DNA of 63,775 nucleotides, the filler included, from Polymyxa betae A26-41 (lineage: Eukaryota; Protista; Endomyxa: Phytomyxea), in assembly GCA_003693705.1 (NCBI GenBank). It is 5 parts of 5 records of this genome, joined end to end, with 100 filler letters (N's around TTAATTAATTAA, not from the genome) between each part and the next. Parts side by side here need not be neighbours in the genome. Positions count along the whole stretch, not along the records: positions 11,729 to 18,429 come from RBZT01000017.1; positions 18,530 to 28,511 come from RBZT01000355.1; 3 more parts are not named here. The stretch is one strand, 5' to 3'. The stretch's first letter is position 1; every line of letters starts with the position of its first letter. A program made the position numbers and the translations under genes. Below are positions 12,110 through 25,260 of the stretch, piece by piece. Below the pieces are notes generated by a model that was given only the letters and a program-made list of their open reading frames with translations, ran no database searches and was not told the origin of the DNA.

Positions 12110-15100
12110 ATGACTGGAAACAAGTTCCATCGAGCTAGCAACGAGCTGCAGCGGAAATGTTTCTGTAGAACTCATAGCTGCAAAGGCAAAGGCGTCCACA
12201 CTCAAACGTACAAGCGACATCAGATCGACGATCTTAGCAGAGAAGACAATTTAGATGAGCTGTCCTCGATTGCTTCGGAAACTTCTGCTGATCTACCAAT
12301 GATTGAAACCGCTGATTATGCACAAGAGGCATCGGAGTCGACGATAAACGATGGCGGTAACACAATTGAAAGCATACCGACGAGGAAGATCATAGCGTTG
12401 ATTACATCGTTCCATCAAAGTTGAGTCCGGCTCATGATGTTAATGGTGATGACTTTTCAATCAGCACCCAACAACATTCCGAAATTGAAGATAGCATTGA
12501 AACGCTATCTGCGATAAAAGAGCGTCATATCGATGATCCATCGAAATCAGCCTTCGACTTCGATCGACGAATCATTAGCACCATGAACGGTGCTAGAGCA
12601 TTGCTACAGAGTTCATCAGTGATTGCAGAAAATCAGATGTCTGAGCTTGGGATCACACATCTGAGCCACCTAGAAAGCATCAAGATAAAAATTATGCAGT
12701 TTGCGGATCAGTGTCTTCGGGCAGGAGTGAATAGGAGAGGCTTCGACGATCTAATGACGTCATACCTCGCGGCCATATCCAGTCGAATGGATGAATTGTC
12801 GGTTCAAGACTTACCTCGGTTCGACAGCTTTCCTGAAAACTGGAAGCAAACAAAGTCAACTATTCTGTGAGATATCTTCCTGAAACTCAAGCCAATACCT
12901 TTACAATCATGCCCCGAAGGTCACTGTATATTCGCCCTTGAGAATGAGAATGAGCAGCAATGTCCTCAGTGCCATGTATCAAGACAGAACGCCCGAACAT
13001 TTCTGTACTGGCCACTCTCGTTTGACATCCAGGTAAAGGTTTTGCACACTTTTCACATCTAATAATTCCAAATTCTAGATCCGTTTTGCTTTTGTAGCAT
13101 TTGCCAGTTTGTTCTGGCAAGGTTACGATGAAGTTGATGCCGCCGTCATGGAGTATAAGAAGACACAGACCAAGGAGGAATCCATGTGCATTGGTTCCAT
13201 GGGGACCTGTTCTATGACCATTACGTACCATATCATGACAAAGAGAAGCAGGTTGCGAAGAATGGTAATGAATTATTGATGATGCAATCCCCTTCTTATC
13301 TTTGTTCAGTGAGGCAATACATGACAATCGCGTTGTCACATTGTTTCGATGGTTCTCATCTACACAACTCTTCTAAAATATCGGTATGGCCTCACCTCTT
13401 CTCATATCTCACACTATCATCATTCGCGCGTTGCAAATCTTCAGCAGTAGCAATGACTTCGTGCTCATATTATTCAAGCCAAGCGTACTTCCAGCTGGTT
13501 GCTCATGAAACGAATCTGATCAACAAAGAGGGACTTTGGATCTTCGATTCATCCAGGAATCAATTAACTAACGTATGCTAGCGTTTTTGCGTTAATGCAC
13601 CAGCAACTGATCGTCTGCAGGTAAAACTGAAGTTAATGACCAGCATGGCAGATTTACCTGCCTTTGCAAAGGCAATGATGAAAGCAGGATCATCGAGCAT
13701 TCATGGAGCATGCATTTGTTCTATCGTTGGAGTGAGAGCGCATAAGCGGACCTGCCGTTTGGGATCTTACAGATTTCTCCCTCCAGCCCATCCATTTCGC
13801 AAGAAAGCATTGATACCAAAATGCTTGGATTTACATCGTAAATCTCCAGCACCAACGTTTTGGACGAAAGATCCGATAGTTGAGGCAGGTTGAAATGATA
13901 TGCGATTGGTTTCAATATCCAGTCCTAACCCGCGTACAGGAATCGAAGCGAGTCGTTACGAAGCTGATAAAATCAAGAGCAGGACGCTGAGCGTAAGAAA
14001 ATGCTTGAAAGTGTACGACAGATCAAGCGATCGCTCCCACCCTTACAAACAACCAGGGCCAGGACAGTATGGAATAGACAACTTGACCAGCGGTCTGGAC
14101 AATGGTTGGGGTCCTAGTAGACAGTATAAATCCGATTTTATGCATCATATAGGGGTAGGCTGTTGATTCTGGCAGTTGTTTGCTGGTGCTAACTGGCTTT
14201 TTTGTATAGAATGCTGTCAGAACCTTGGTTGAGGCCCTGGATTGCGAGAGTAATGGTTCCGGATTGGTGTTCGATTATGAGGCTCGGGTGTCGGAAAAGT
14301 CTCTAAACAGGCTCAACAGTGTTTGGGAGCAAGACTCTGAGCTCCCGTGGGCATTGATTCCAGGAAGCCCTAAAGCTATATCTGAACGAATCAAGAATTT
14401 ACTGGTTCCGGACAGTAAGAGGGCAGAATTTTTTGAGAATTGTAGTTGTTAACAACCTCAGGGACCGAAGAGCTATTCAACCCGTTCATCAGATCGCAAG
14501 TAATGGTGAAGAATTCGCAGTGGCATATGCTGCTGCATGGGCTGTTCAAAGTTCTAACCAAAGGGCTGTTCGGAGAGAGCATCCAGGCTCAGAGCTTCCA
14601 GAAGGCTCTATACCGGTTGTTTGAGGTTCTGTCAGGCTGCATGTGTTCAAGCTTGAGACGATCACAATTGCAAAAGCTTCATCTCGCAATTGTGGAATCT
14701 TTGGCACTGCTTGAAGAAGTAATAACTGTCTCGGTTCGGTTTCAATGTTAACTTTTCATTCAGCAAATGCCAAGTATGCTGTTGACTCTGCCGGTACATT
14801 TTATTCTTCATATAGTTCCACATGTTTTGCAGGATATTGGCCCATTGAAAGGGATTGCATGGAATTTCTGGTCGGAGCGTTTCATGCGACCTTTAAAGTC
14901 AATGAACCACGCCACGAGGGGACAATCTGTCAACATCATGAACAATTACTCTGAGCAAGTTGCAATTTCTTGTTTTAGGTTGGTTCAGTAGAATCAAACA
15001 CGGGACAAATTTGCTCATTTTCCGCTAGGCTGCAGCACCACGATCGATACACCTCGCAGGAAAACAGATTATGGACGTTTGGGGAAACAGAAAGATTGGA

Positions 15101-15933
15101 GGATTACAGCAAGGACATCGACGAACTGCCGACAGAGCCAAACGTTTTTGATCCGAAAGATTTGCAGCTAGGTTAAGGGCGGGCTAGGTGTTACGACGAA
15201 TTGCTTTGACAAATTTGATCAGGTCGTTTGCATGAAGACATGTATCTCAGGATCGATGAGTATCGCCGCTGCTGAGTAACCTTAAATTCCAGCCTTGAGA
15301 AACCTTATTCAGACAGAAGACTGGCGACGGAACCAATCCTGTTTTTTCATGAGCACCACGAGAAGCTAATTGATCACTTCAGAAGCAATGGTTTCCACGA
15401 AATTTTTCTAAGCGCGCTACCAGGTAAGTTGGCTTTTCGTTTGAGGTAATTCGAAATCATAATTATGCAATAAAGCTTTGGGATTTACTTCAGATTTATT
15501 ATGGTGTACAGCTGTTGTTGATATAGTTTTTTCTGGCAATATCGCCAGACTCACAAAATTTATGCACAAAGGGAAGCTTTTTAGGTCAAAAGATTACGAA
15601 CGTAAACGAGCTTTAAAGAGTAGTAACCACATGATGCAAACCAAGATAGAATCATTATGTTCTTCTAAGCATTTCACCTGGTTTGATTCGGCAAACTGGT
15701 TCAACATGTTGACCATCAAAGATGACATGGAGCCCTTGGTAATGGTGTTTGTGGATTGGTATAAGTCGCCGGAGAGCCCAAAGGTCGGCCATGGAACCGA
15801 TAAGGAGACAGGCTTGCCCGTGATTGCACCCATGTCCAAAGCTGAAAACAATAAATGGTCCAGATGGGTGCTCAGTGACAGCATCGAGCCAGTCAACATC
15901 ATGCTCGGCAAGCTCCCTGAATCAAGATACTAG
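12110..15933 (+). mobile_element. Degenerate CACTA/EnSpm (Tnp2-type) transposase, intron-containing, with many stops and frameshifts
   Basis: N-terminal KCFCRTHSC...TYKRH; FDGSHL...SVWP; ADLPAFAK...GACIC; DFMHHI; KNSQWH; HFILHI...IGPL...WNFWSERFMRPLK (DUF4218-like); C-terminal VFVDWYK. Confidence 0.8.
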
Positions 15934-16255
15934 TTCGCAATTAGGATGGGACATAGAGAAGAGCTAGAATAAAATGAGATTACAACTTTGAGTTTATTAC
16001 AATAGAACGAAGAGCGAGAAAAAAAGAAAATTTTCCATGTAAAAGCAGCAGCAGTACAAAAACAGAATCAGGCCGCCTCAGCTGCTTCAGCACTAAACAG
16101 ACGAGCAATAAAGGAACCAGGTCGAGCCAGCCCAGCAGCTTCAGCGCAAAGAGCAACAGCTCGGGCAAGTTCAGCTCCGACAGCAGCGACCCGAGCAAAC
16201 TGAACAGCAGCAACGACCAGTGGAGGCAAGCAATAGATTTAGAGAAAGATCAATG

Positions 16256-18429
16256 CACTAATAAACTGAGAAAGAGAAAACTTTTCAAAAATGGGCCGCA
16301 TCCACCCTAGCCGATAATAGTTTGCAAGCTTACCTTCGATTCGAATACTATATCGCTACGAAAACGCGAACCGCAACAACCTAAACACGAGAACAATCAG
16401 TAGAAGAAGAAGCTATAGAACAAACGATGAACAATGTTAGATTGGCCCAGATGGTACTGCAAGCGAAAAGGAGAAATCATGGGCCGCATCAGCGACGAGA
16501 CCCATTAAAATAGAAAGATATGTTCATTTTTAAAAGCGACCAGCAGATTTACAAGTTGAATAAAACGTTTTTAAACATTAATAAACTAAGAATGAAAATT
16601 TCAAAATTGGGCAGAATCCACCCTAAAATATAAAAAAAAATTAGAGAGTACTTTTGATTCGACACCATCACCACGAAAACTCGGGACGCCCAAATCTATA
16701 CACAGGAATAGTCAGAACAAAGCATACAAACCTTACCATAAACAAACAGCAATGTTAGATGAGCCAAGAATGCCCTGCAAGCGAGTAGCAGAAATCGTGC
16801 GTCCCATCAGTGACGAAAACCTTCGATAAAGACAGCAAACAACTGATTTAAAAGTTGAAGAAAACGTTTATGAACATTAATAAACAAAGAAGAGAGAAAT
16901 TTCTAAAATTGGGCAGCATCCACCCTAAAATATACCAAAATTTAGAGAGTACTTTTGATTCGACACCATCACCGCCACGAAAACACGGCACGACCCGATC
17001 TATACACAAGAATAGTCAGAACAAAGCAAATAAACTTTAGCATAAACTAACAGCAATGTTAGATGAGCCAAGAAGGCACTGCAAACGAAAACAAGATATC
17101 GTGCGACCCATCAGTGACGAAAACCTTTGAAATAGAAAGACAAAAGCATATGTCAAAGCAACCTACTGGTTTAAAGATTGCAGAAAGCGTTTATAAACAT
17201 TAATAAACTGATCAGAGAGAAATTTTAAAATTGGGCAGCATCCACCCTAAAATACAAAAAAAAATAAAAAAGTACCTTTGATTCGATGCCATTACCGCCA
17301 CGAAAACTCGGGCGCCTCGAACTATTCATGGGAACAATCAGCACAAGGTATGCAAACTTTAAAATAAAAACAGCAATGTTAGATGAGCCCAGAAGGCCCT
17401 GCAAGCGAAAAGGAGAAATCGAGCGCCCCATCAGTGACGAACCCAGTAAAATAGAAAGACAAAAACATTTGTAAAAGCAATCAGCAGATTGACAAGTAAA
17501 CATTAATAAACTAAGAAGAATGAAAATTTCAAAATTGGGCAGCATCCACCCTAAAATATATTAAAATATATAGAGAGTACTTTTGATTCGACACCATCAC
17601 CGCCACGAAAACTCGGGACGCCCAGATCTATACACTAGAGTAGTCAGCACAAAGTATACAATCTTTAGCATAAACAAACTGCAATGTTAGATGGGCTCAG
17701 AAGGCCCTGCAAGCGAAAAGAAGAAATCGTTCGTCCCATCAGTGACGAAAACCTTTAAAATAGAAAGATAAAAGCATAAGTAAAAGCAACCTACTTATTT
17801 AAGCGTTGCAGAAAACTTTAAAAACATTAATAAACTGAAAAGAGAGAAAAAATTTCAATATTGGGCAGCATCCACCATAGAAGATAAAAGCATTAAGAGA
17901 GTACCTTTGATTTGATGCAATCAACGCCACGAAATCTCGGGACACCCCGAACTATACACGAAAACAATCATCACAGGCATCAAAAATTACAGGTTGAACA
18001 AAAAGCATTGCTAATCTGGCCCCCGAAGGCCCTTCAAGCGGAAATGTGAAATCAAATGCGTCCACCTGTGACAAGACCGAAGATAATGAACAGAAAAAGC
18101 ATTCTCAAACGCAGCCAACTGCTTTATAACTATAGAAAACCTAAACTTATAGAGCACTAATAAACTGAGAAGAGAGAAAAATTTCAGTAAGGGTCAGCAT
18201 CCACCCTAGCCGATAGAGCAAAAACGTACCGATTCGAAGCCAAAATCGCCAGCAAGAACCCAGACCGCCACAACCTATACACGAGAACAATCAGTCCAAG
18301 ACGTATAGTCTCATGAAAGAACAAGCAGCAACGCCAGACAGACCTGAAGGGGCCACTCAGCCAACAAGTGTATCCCCTAACGATGAGTCTCATATGAAAC
18401 TGGTACAAAGACAGTAAATAAACCGGAAG
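16256..18429. repeat. Degenerate tandem array of ~7 units of ~300-330 bp
   Basis: CA(T/C)TAATAAAC...GGGCAGCATCCACC recurs at ~16256, 16575, 16875, 17198, 17501, 17825 and 18155; the array runs to the contig end. Confidence 0.9.
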
Positions 18430-18529
18430 NNNNNNNNNNNNNNNNNNNNNNNNNNNNNNNNNNNNNNNNNNNNTTAATTAATTAANNNNNNNNNNNNNNN
18501 NNNNNNNNNNNNNNNNNNNNNNNNNNNNN
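18430..18529. other. Artificial contig linker
   Basis: N44-TTAATTAATTAA-N44. Confidence 0.98.
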
Positions 18530-18549
18530 CAACTCCAAAATTCATACGT

Positions 18550-18815
18550 TTCTCATCTCGTCTCCGACTCTCTATTGCTTCGTTCTCTCGCCTCGCCTCA
18601 CCTCCGACTCCCCTCCGACCTTCGTCTCCGCTCCGCCTCCGTCTCACCGGCACCGCTCCGTACGTCCTTCCTACGCTCCACTACGATCCCCTCACCGCTC
18701 CACTCCGACCCTCTCTCCGCTCCACTCCGTGCCCCGCCGCTCCGCCTCCGAGGACTCCCTGACGTCGCTCCGTTGCAGGACACCGGTTCCCCGCGTCCTA
18801 CCCTCTGCTCCCGAG
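18550..18815. repeat. Pyrimidine-rich low-complexity tract of degenerate CTCCG repeats
   Basis: Many ctccg/ctccgc/ctcc units. Confidence 0.75.
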
Positions 18816-19217
18816 TCATCGCACCGCTTATCTAACCAATAAAAGGGGACTTTTTACTCGATCCTAACAGGCAGCCGAACGAAACAGATGAGGAAACTCA
18901 TCATGTTTCATATCGATTTTCTTCATCAGTCGTCGCCATTTGCGTTTATGGCAACTTAGACTTTGATGTTGCTGTTGTGATGTGAAATGAATTATGATTT
19001 ATTATCGGATGTAATTAGCCCTTTTATACTCTGAGGATTCATATGCTCGAGACAGCACTGGCCACTAATTGGGGCCCCTGGGAATCGACTGGGAAGATTC
19101 ATCGATTTTGGAATCCACTCACGGAGTATTCTCCGCCACTCATGTACCGAGTAATCTCCACCAATCACTCTTCCAGTGCTTTCTTGGTCAATAAGTATTG
19201 TTACAGGTAACATTACT

Positions 19218-20198
19218 TTATATTGACACGCGTTTGAGGCCTCCAATTCCCCACTCGACTTTAACTCTATAGCCAGCGTGCATTGAATTAAATGCATCAA
19301 TCACTGACATCTCACCGTCTTCAACGGTTTCTCGACGACCAATACGACGCATGATAAACATATCTTCGCCAACGTATCCTGGGTCTCCAAGCAGATACTC
19401 GAAATAGTCATCCGTGTGGGTAAAATATCTGCGCCAGTTTCTGTACAATCCTGACTGTCGCAAGCAATTATCATCATGCAGAGAACCTGGGTAGCCCGGG
19501 TCGATGAATATAAAGAGACCGTTGTGATCGACAACAACCGTATTGTTGAAACAATACATTGACTTGCGTCCATTATACCACAGCCGTTGCTGATCGGCCC
19601 GAGATTCAGCAGATGGACGAGGAATCTCGATGAGTTTCCCATCTATCAAACCGATGCATCCTTGGAAATCGGGAAGACATTCCGCAAGAGCACGACGTCC
19701 ATTTTCGTCAGGCCATTTGAGCTCATTCTTCAACGCTTCGTTAACACAGCTGGAGACAAAAATAGCATCATCACATGCCGACGATTTAGACCAATTCCAA
19801 CCGAATGCATCATAACGCACGACGTTATCGTGCTTCAGGACAATACTATGCAGGAGCCGCTGTTCGAGATTGAGCTTCGGACGACGCCCGAAGACCGACC
19901 GAGGAGCACCAGTCGTTCTCGCATGGCTTGCGATCACCGGGCATACAGCAGCGCAGAGCTCCTCAAATTCTTCAGTAGTGAAATTAGTAAGAACTTTGAA
20001 AAGAGAGGGCGTCTGCAACAGAGTAGCTAGCTGATCGCGTACTCCAACTAGCGAATTCACAAACGTTTGGTCTTCTCCATTCAGCTCATCTGGATTGAAA
20101 AGATACCAGGTATTCGAAGCAGCGGTAGCGACTGCACCAATCGCTGCCATTTCCTCCTCCGTTAGCTCCAAAAAATCAATAGAATTGGGAGCGTTCAT
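19218..20198 (-). mobile_element. PIF/Harbinger transposase (DDE_Tnp_4/HARBI1-like), copy 1
   Basis: GCIGLIDGKLIEIPRP, YNGRKSMY, YPGSLHD, YLLGDPGY, FNSMHAGYRVKVEWGIGGLKR. Confidence 0.92.
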
Positions 20199-20488
20199 GC
20201 ATCAGATGACAGACCTTCCAAACGGCGACTACACTACACGGAATTCGCGCAACATTTTATTTATAAAGCTTTGGCCAATTTTTGCATTTGCACCTTTAAT
20301 TACGGACATAAGCAAACTCGGGCCAAGCGCAAATTTTGCTACGCAAAGTTTGGTCTCATTAACGGACATGTCTTTTATAATATTTCTTTTGTGAGGACAT
20401 TTATATTGGCGCAAATGAGATATCTGCGTAGGCCGCGTCAAGCCGAGTCGATTGATGTATAGATTGTCAACCTTTGCCTTTTTCTGTA

Positions 20489-20914
20489 ATGGTGAGGGGC
20501 CTCCATCAGCACCAGCCAGGCGAGGTCATCGACATCGTCGGAGTTGCGTCTGGCGATTCAGGCCGATCCTGTGAGAACCACTCAGTTTGTGGGTCGTCCG
20601 TCAAGTTGGGTTCTATTGTCACGATTCGGGCGATGCAAATTTTAACAAGTAAACGTCTGAGTGTTTATTTTGTAACGAAATGCGATCCTGTTTGTTATGT
20701 CGTAGGCAATAATGTCGAGGAGATTGTACTCGCTGTGTTTCTCGTCACAGATGGCGTAAGTGGCTGCCGAGTCGGCTTTATGCCCAGATATTTTGTGTTC
20801 CTGAAACACCGATACGATAAGAAACTTGCGAAAGTCATTGAAGATCGTTCGGTCTCCGATTTGAAAGCTGATCGAGCAAATTCCAACCGGAATTGTGGAC
20901 AGCTACTGTATTAA
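20489..20914 (+). CDS. Small transposon-associated protein (Cys/His motif, possibly HIRAN-like), convergent with the pogo transposase
   Basis: GRSCENHSVCG...GCRVGFMPR; probable in-frame 57-nt GT-AG intron at 20649-20705. Confidence 0.6.
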   Translation: MVRGLHQHQPGEVIDIVGVASGDSGRSCENHSVCGSSVKLGSIVTIRAMQILTSKRLSVYFVTKCDPVCYVVGNNVEEIVLAVFLVTDGVSGCRVGFMPRYFVFLKHRYDKKLAKVIEDRSVSDLKADRANSNRNCGQLLY

Positions 20915-20958
20915 AAATAAATAAAACCGATGAACCAAAGCCAGTTCAATCGTCGAAG

Positions 20959-22337
20959 TTAATTAAACTCTTGACGGCGCCATGAATTACGAGCCGTTTC
21001 ACTATTAATTTCTTTCAGTGAGGCAATAATCCATTCGGACAAGAGCTCTCTTAACGGGGGCTTAATTTTTGTGAAACGATCTTGAGTATCCAGCCATTCC
21101 TCAAATCGGTGACGCATTCGCGTCTTCAAAGGCTTGCCAATTCTTACATCGATTGGCTGAACGAGGCCTGTACATCCCCCTGGTATATGTTCAACCTGAA
21201 TTCCGAGGTCTTGAATTCTGGTAAAAGTAGATGCCATCAAATGGCAGCGGTACGAGCCAAGTAAGAGCACAGCTCTTTCTTGATTTGGGTTATTAGCCCG
21301 AATGTAAGGTTCCAACAACAATCATGATAGAAACCAGGAGCACAATTGCCTTTTTTACCTTTTCGATCCATTTGATCATCATCTTTTCGTCCATCCAGGC
21401 CTTATCCTGGCAAGCATAAACTGCACCTTCTGGAAAAGATGAGAAGGATCGAGCGATTGAACCTGAAAATTTGCCCTAGAAAATTATCATTGGGGGAAGA
21501 AGGGTGCCATTCGCTGTCACTGTAACGCCAGCAGTAACGCGTAAAGTCGAGTCTGTACTTGAGCGAATGTTAACAGTTCGTTCTCCAATACGATCCAATG
21601 TAGTGCGGGGTTCCATTGAAAAGAATACAGGAGTCTGATCCAAGTTAAGAATTAAACTCTGCTCTGGAAACAAAGGCAATTGCATTCGGACGGATTGAAT
21701 AAAGTCCACAGCCAGTTCACGAGTTTCAGCAGGATTTTGCTGCGCCACATGTGTCCCAACTCTGATTCCATAACGATGCATTTTTAAAAATCGACGGACG
21801 ATTGCAATTCTAGCCTCTTCAGATTTCTCCTTAAAGGTCTCTGTCAAGGGACTTCGCGTAGGAGTAGACCATCCGCGTCGAAACCGCTGTTTTACACAAT
21901 TATTTAAAGTTTTTAAAGAATCAAAATGATAGAGGCAACGTTACCAGGAAAAATGTAGCTGAAAATGTTTTCTTGGTAATCCTCCAAAATGGACGGTGCA
22001 CCAATGCAAATACTTTTAGCAGAACGACGAACAGATTTATTTGCTCGATATTTTTCTCCAGCGAGACACTTGGCCTTGTTGGACGTTGATACTGGCGCAA
22101 ACAGCCTTGGCGGGCATGCCAGGTTCGCGTTCGTCTATTGCTTTCAATAGATCGAGCTTTTGAGCCCGGTATACGTCTTCCGTTGAGGCATGATACCAGA
22201 TATCGATTGGAATGAGCCTGGTAGGCTGTATATAGGTAGAAATTAAATTGCGCGGGCGGACTTTGTCCGGGACTTTGTACGCCTCCATCCAGAATCATGT
22301 ATATTTGGGGGGTACAAAGTCCCGCACTATACGGTAG
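20959..22337 (-). mobile_element. pogo/Tigger-like (DDE_1, CENP-B-type HTH) transposase pseudogene with one terminal repeat
   Basis: LNLDQTP, TVTANGTLLPPMIIF, YACQDKAWMDEK, LLLGSYRCH (second D lost), IPGGCTGLVQPIDV; minus-strand terminus TACCGTATAGTGCGGG near 22337. Confidence 0.9.
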
Positions 22338-22816
22338 GTGGTCCCGCCTGCGGTTTATGTTTCCAATAAACACTTAACACTTAAGTGGGTCCAACTGGGT
22401 AAGCTTACCCAGTTGGATCAACGTTGTTTTGCCCGTCAACCTTCCTTTCTCGAGCTTTTTAGTGTATCAGATTTGAGGTTCTCTAAACCTCCGTACGCAT
22501 ATGGTGCTATCTGATTGTATAAATGATAAGACCAGTAATTACTGTATGGACTGTGACAGTGTAGTATAGCTGTCTCAAATCTGANNNNCAATCCACGATG
22601 CGGATTGATCCTGTGGAGTGATCCTAAGGAAATATCCCACGGAGTCCGAAGTGTCACTGGGAGAGCCGACTCTCGCCACTGGTGTCCCATTGGCGGCAGA
22701 GACTGCGTGAGTCGATCTCGGAGTCCGGAAAGTCCGGAACTACTCTTGAAGGGCCTGAACGAGGTTTGAGGCCTGATATTGAATCCCAATAAAACACAAT
22801 CCAATTCAACGCTTTA

Positions 22817-24154
22817 TTAAAACGTGTCGCGTTCTCGAGACGAAACCGCTACAATAGCCTCGAAGTAGCTGGTTGTCGCGATCATTACATTGATTTGGTC
22901 TCGTTTGATTAGAGCGCGTTGCTTGTCTCCACATCGAGCTTGGATCCATCTTATATGATAGTCTTGGTAAGGGTCTTGTTGGCTAATCTTCTCAATAGCA
23001 AAGGAGTCCTTTGCCTCCAGTGCCAGATTGTGTAAAACCATGCAAGAGACGATTGTACGTCCAATGCTATCTGGCGTTTTCATGTTGAGGGGTCGTTTCA
23101 ATATTTTCCAGCGTCCTTACAGCAGCAAAAGGCTCGTTCAACACAAATCCTTGTGCCAGAATGAAGATAAGTGAATCTGGATTCATCTTTGGGCATTTCT
23201 TCTGTAACGTTGTATGGAATCGTCATTACATCAGATAAAGTATAATTATAACCTGCGTCGCCTACAAGATGCATTCCTCGAGGAGTAATCTGTGCGATGT
23301 TTTGACCGACCGATGACATATTCCATAGGTTCTTGTCGCTACAAGATCCTGGTCGATCGCATTGAATAGTCCAAAAATCTTGCCTGGCTATCGACTATCG
23401 CCTGCATATTTATTGCAGGAAAATTATTCCTGCAATACCATCGATTGAACAGCTAAGTTTTTAGAGTCCTGATATCAGCCTTTGTCTTTGCAAATCGTAC
23501 TTACCCTTTAAAGTTTTGGGGACGTTCAATCTCTATTCGAGTCCCATCAATAGCACCAGCCACGTCGGGATAACCTTTTATTTTTTCGAAACCGTCAGCT
23601 ACAGCTGTCCATTCAGCCATGCTTCTGGGCATCTAAATGATCATTTGTTAGTGGGATATTGTTTAGAGAATGCGACCGAATTCGCTCTTACTTTAATAAT
23701 ACTGCCCGCGATCGTTTCTAAGACCTCCATCATGTTGTTAATTAAGACAGCAGCTGTTGCTTTCGCCACCCCAAAGAGGCTAGCAGTCGCCTGAAACCCA
23801 GAAGACTGTGCAAGGTAGGCCAATGTCATTGCAAGCTTCATTTGGTAATATACGCGAGCGTTCGTAGCTGTAACCAAGCTGATTCCGAGTTCGGATGCTA
23901 CTGATTTTCTTCCGCTCAGCAATGAATTCAAACGAGCCACGATTCACTCGCAGATTGTCATGAAACCAGCCATGACCACTGGAAGAATAAATTTGCTCCC
24001 ATATTTCATTCCGGAAAGTCAATTGCTCGTTTCTACTTTCTAGCCCTTTTCGATCGTCTTCCATCTGCCAGAAGTATGGCCATAGTCGCTTGGAGATTAC
24101 CAAGAATAGCTTGGACAATAACATCGTCATCTTCCGAATCCGATGATAATACAT
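22817..24154 (-). mobile_element. PIF/Harbinger transposase pseudogene, copy 2
   Basis: WFHDNLRVNRGSF, ASLFGVAKAT, VAGAIDGTRIEIERP, PGSCSD, HLVGDAGY, HSGTRICVERAF, SCMVLHNL; several frameshifts. Confidence 0.9.
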
Positions 24155-24292
24155 CGTCGACTTCTACGAAGACAATCATCTCCTTTTTGCGTTCCGAAAT
24201 GACGGCTTTTTATCTACTTTTGAAAAGGTCGGCGACCTCCTGAAAATTTAAGGAGACGGAAAATGCGCACCGCAGTCAAGGCTACGCAATAA

Positions 24293-24858
24293 GAGGCTGG
24301 GGAAGTGGAAAAAATACGAATGCGCAATTCACCGGAATTTTCCATTCCACCAATCAGATTGCCCGTTCCGCATTTTCCGCAGCAATTTCTCTGGCTATCG
24401 TCTGGGGGATGTCATTATCAAACGAAGCTATTGCTAGAATTGTCGGTAGTCTTAATGCTCTGTGAATGCCATTGCTCATTTGAGTTCCGGGGCTGCCCAA
24501 ATGGTAACTGAGGTCGCTTCCAATTGTGATGGTCGGGCCTATCGAGCATCAATTTCTCGTAGAGATTCTATCCGAGATCCACAGTTTCCGGTAGCAAAAT
24601 GCTTCAGCAATTTAGATGGTCGCCCTCTTGCCCGCTCGTTCGTCCCATGGCTAGACGGAGTGTAACGAGCTAGTTTCGGGACCGATTCAGTCGACATGGC
24701 TGACGCCCAGAAATGGAGAAATTGCAGAGAATGCAACTCCCACTGGGCGCAGCCCTTTAAAAATCTGCTGCCGCATTTTCCGCCCGCTGCACTTTTCAAC
24801 CGCATTTTCCTTTATTGCGCATTTATTCCCAGCATTTTTTCACACTTGAACCAGCCTC
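24293..24858. mobile_element. Harbinger/Tourist-type MITE
   Basis: TIRs GAGGCTGGggAAGTG / CACTTgaaCCAGCCTC, flanked by TAA on both sides (24290-24292 and 24859-24861); no credible ORF. Confidence 0.8.
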
Positions 24859-24959
24859 TAAGGAGACGCCCAAAAAGTAGACGCCACGCACTTCAACCAA
24901 GCTCTTAAAATTATTGATTTGTTGAATGGGTATATTTTCAAAGTTGAAAGTATTCTTAA

Positions 24960-25260
24960 CGGAAAGATTATGGAGATTCATGGGGATCGGATTAATTGTA
25001 CTGTGACAGTAAATTGGATATCAATGAGGAAGTTAGGACTCAGTCTGCTACTTTGCTTTTGACAATGCTGCTTTTGAAATTGAGCCGCGTCATGAGGAGG
25101 GAATCAATGAGGATACGGGAGAATCGCAGTTCTTTGTCAAATGGAAGGGCTTTTCTAATCTTGAGAATTCTTGGGAACCAGCATCAACTTCCTACAAAGG
25201 TTTCCCAATCATCATTTGGCAGCCAGAATTCGCCAGTATTTACGCCCTGTTGGGAAGAAA
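24960..25260 (+). mobile_element. Gypsy integrase C-terminus and chromodomain remnant
   Basis: LYCDSKLDINEEV followed by QFFVKWKGFSNLENSWEP. Confidence 0.75.

Noticed and set aside
16256-18429. CRISPR-like array
   Set aside because: Units are ~310 bp and homologous along their whole length, with no unique spacers, no cas genes and a eukaryotic context
18575-18835. Pro/Arg-rich ORFs on both strands
   Set aside because: By-products of the CTCCG low-complexity tract
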